Origin: Klebsiella phage ST13-OXA48phi12.5 | DNA: 44,913 nucleotides | Reading direction: 5' to 3' (one strand) | Sequence record: MK714353.1 | Shown: positions 44,201 to 44,913 of the stretch, piece by piece | How positions within the stretch are numbered: the stretch's first letter is position 1 | Layout of the letters: every line of letters begins with the position of its first letter | Program-made: the position numbers and the translations under genes | The notes under the pieces: model-generated | Told to the model about the DNA's origin: nothing | Databases searched by the model: none | What the model saw: the letters and a program-made list of their open reading frames with translations, nothing else

Positions 44201-44440
44201 ATGCTTCGAGAGTCAGACATTGCCGCGGCTTTCCGCGAGTCCATTTTGCGCAGTTCCAAGGGGTTCCAGTACCTTCACACCCGCGACTTCGTTACCGCGC
44301 TGCGCCGGCGCGGCATCCACTTTTCCGAGGTGGAGGCTAACGCCTGGATCGCACGCGAGCAGTCTTATTTCGTCGACAAAACGGCAGAGCACAGCGAAAA
44401 CCGCCTGTGGATGATGGCCAACATGGGGAGGGTTCTGTAA
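44201..44440 (+). CDS. Hypothetical 79-aa protein, first gene of the LexA-box operon
   Basis: GGAGGG Shine-Dalgarno. Stop overlaps the start of the next gene (TAATG). No motif recognised. Confidence 0.45.
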   Translation: MLRESDIAAAFRESILRSSKGFQYLHTRDFVTALRRRGIHFSEVEANAWIAREQSYFVDKTAEHSENRLWMMANMGRVL

Positions 44441-44757
44441 TGGGCTTTCCATCACCCGCGACGGACTACACGGAACAGCGATTAACGGTTAACTCGATCT
44501 GCAATGTCGGTCCAAATACGCTCGTCTTCGAGCAATCTGGCGGTTACGTTGTGCTGGATATCTCCCTGAAACCAAAGCAGGGTAGTCAGGTTCTGATCCA
44601 GCACGGCGGCGGGACGGAGCTTGCCACGCTGAGAGGAAAGTCACTGATTACCGAAGATGGTGAAGCGATCGAGGGCGAAGCCCTGGACGATGTTACTGTC
44701 ATCGGCGTCGTGACGTTTACTATCTGTGATGTGCGCCAGGACAATGCGGTTGTTTAG
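44440..44757 (+). CDS. UmuD'-like S24-fold protein: begins at the processed-form N-terminus and lacks the catalytic Ser
   Basis: MGFPSPATDYTEQRLTVN aligns with UmuD residues 25 onward (GFPSPAADYVEQRIDLN). The C-terminus DVTVIGVVTFTI matches DVFGVVIHVV. The position of UmuD's GDSM reads GGYV. No umuC gene follows in the remaining 150 nt. Confidence 0.55.
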   Translation: MGFPSPATDYTEQRLTVNSICNVGPNTLVFEQSGGYVVLDISLKPKQGSQVLIQHGGGTELATLRGKSLITEDGEAIEGEALDDVTVIGVVTFTICDVRQDNAVV

Positions 44758-44913
44758 TTGCTGTCAGCTCGAGGCTGCTGTGTCGTAGATGTGGCGTGAC
44801 AGGAATGCACGATAATGACAGGGATGTATTCAAACGACACGAAACGACACAAAACCGGATGCGAACGCGGAAAAAATGTGTGATTACAGTGTGTTATTTA
44901 ACGCTCTACTTTC

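Noticed and set aside
1-44913. CRISPR arrays or IS elements
   Set aside because: No array of regularly spaced direct repeats and no transposase-like ORF were seen anywhere in the window. The tandem repeats found lie inside coding sequences (O-like gene iterons, tail fibre modules).

Overview
This window is the left two-thirds of a mosaic lambdoid prophage from an enterobacterial chromosome (sequence composition and codon usage look Klebsiella/Enterobacter/Salmonella-like). I could not run BLAST, HMM or tRNA-scan searches, so all calls rest on the supplied ORF track, motif recognition from memory, and direct reading of the DNA. The window opens inside the host tRNA-Arg(UCU) gene at the attL side, and the prophage continues past the right edge.

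Reading left to right:
- int and xis on the minus strand, integrated at tRNA-Arg(UCU).
- A leftward early (PL-type) operon: TraR/DksA zinc-finger protein, a C5-cytosine and an N6-adenine DNA methyltransferase, a lambda-Exo/YqaJ exonuclease, and several small unknown proteins.
- A lambda-type immunity region: OL/PL, cI, OR/PR, cro, cII, with 14-bp ATCGC-N4-GCGAT operators.
- Replication genes: an O-like initiator with internal iterons and a lambda-P helicase loader.
- A nin-like region: PAPS-reductase-like protein, NinB, NinE, Ser/Thr phosphatase, NinG, NinH-like protein and a Q-like antiterminator.
- A PR'/tR' element followed by two phage tRNAs: a degenerate Asn(GUU) and Ser(GCU).
- A phage-21-type lysis cassette: pinholin, SAR endolysin, Rz and Rz1.
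- Packaging and head genes: metallopeptidase, TerS, TerL, portal, Mu-F-like head protein, scaffold/major capsid and connectors.
- Tail genes: major tail protein with an Ig-like domain, tape measure, minor tail proteins, an NlpC/P60 peptidase, a J-like tip protein, and a tail fibre with an SGNH/SASA-like esterase domain.

Three AT-rich cargo insertions interrupt this backbone, and an SOS-regulated operon sits at the right edge. The most unusual items, in order of interest:
1. A 2.9-kb AT-rich island (31324-34190) wedged between the tail chaperone and the tape-measure gene. It carries a Panacea/DUF4065 antitoxin-like gene, a tightly coupled unknown 135-aa partner (candidate novel toxin), a convergent unknown gene and two secreted proteins.
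2. A single-gene AT-rich moron (12735-13601) encoding a protein with a nucleoside 2-deoxyribosyltransferase-like Rossmann domain, a candidate nucleotide-targeting defence or effector.
3. A LexA-box-controlled two-gene operon (44201-44757) encoding an unknown 79-aa protein plus a UmuD'-like protein. The latter starts exactly at the UmuD' processed N-terminus and lacks the catalytic Ser.
4. Translationally coupled micro-ORFs for hydrophobic peptides at the head of the PL operon and in the 1.2-kb gap after the lysis genes. Close by, a sequence nearly identical to a T7-class promoter core lies 12 bp from a 20-bp palindrome resembling a Tn5 mosaic end.
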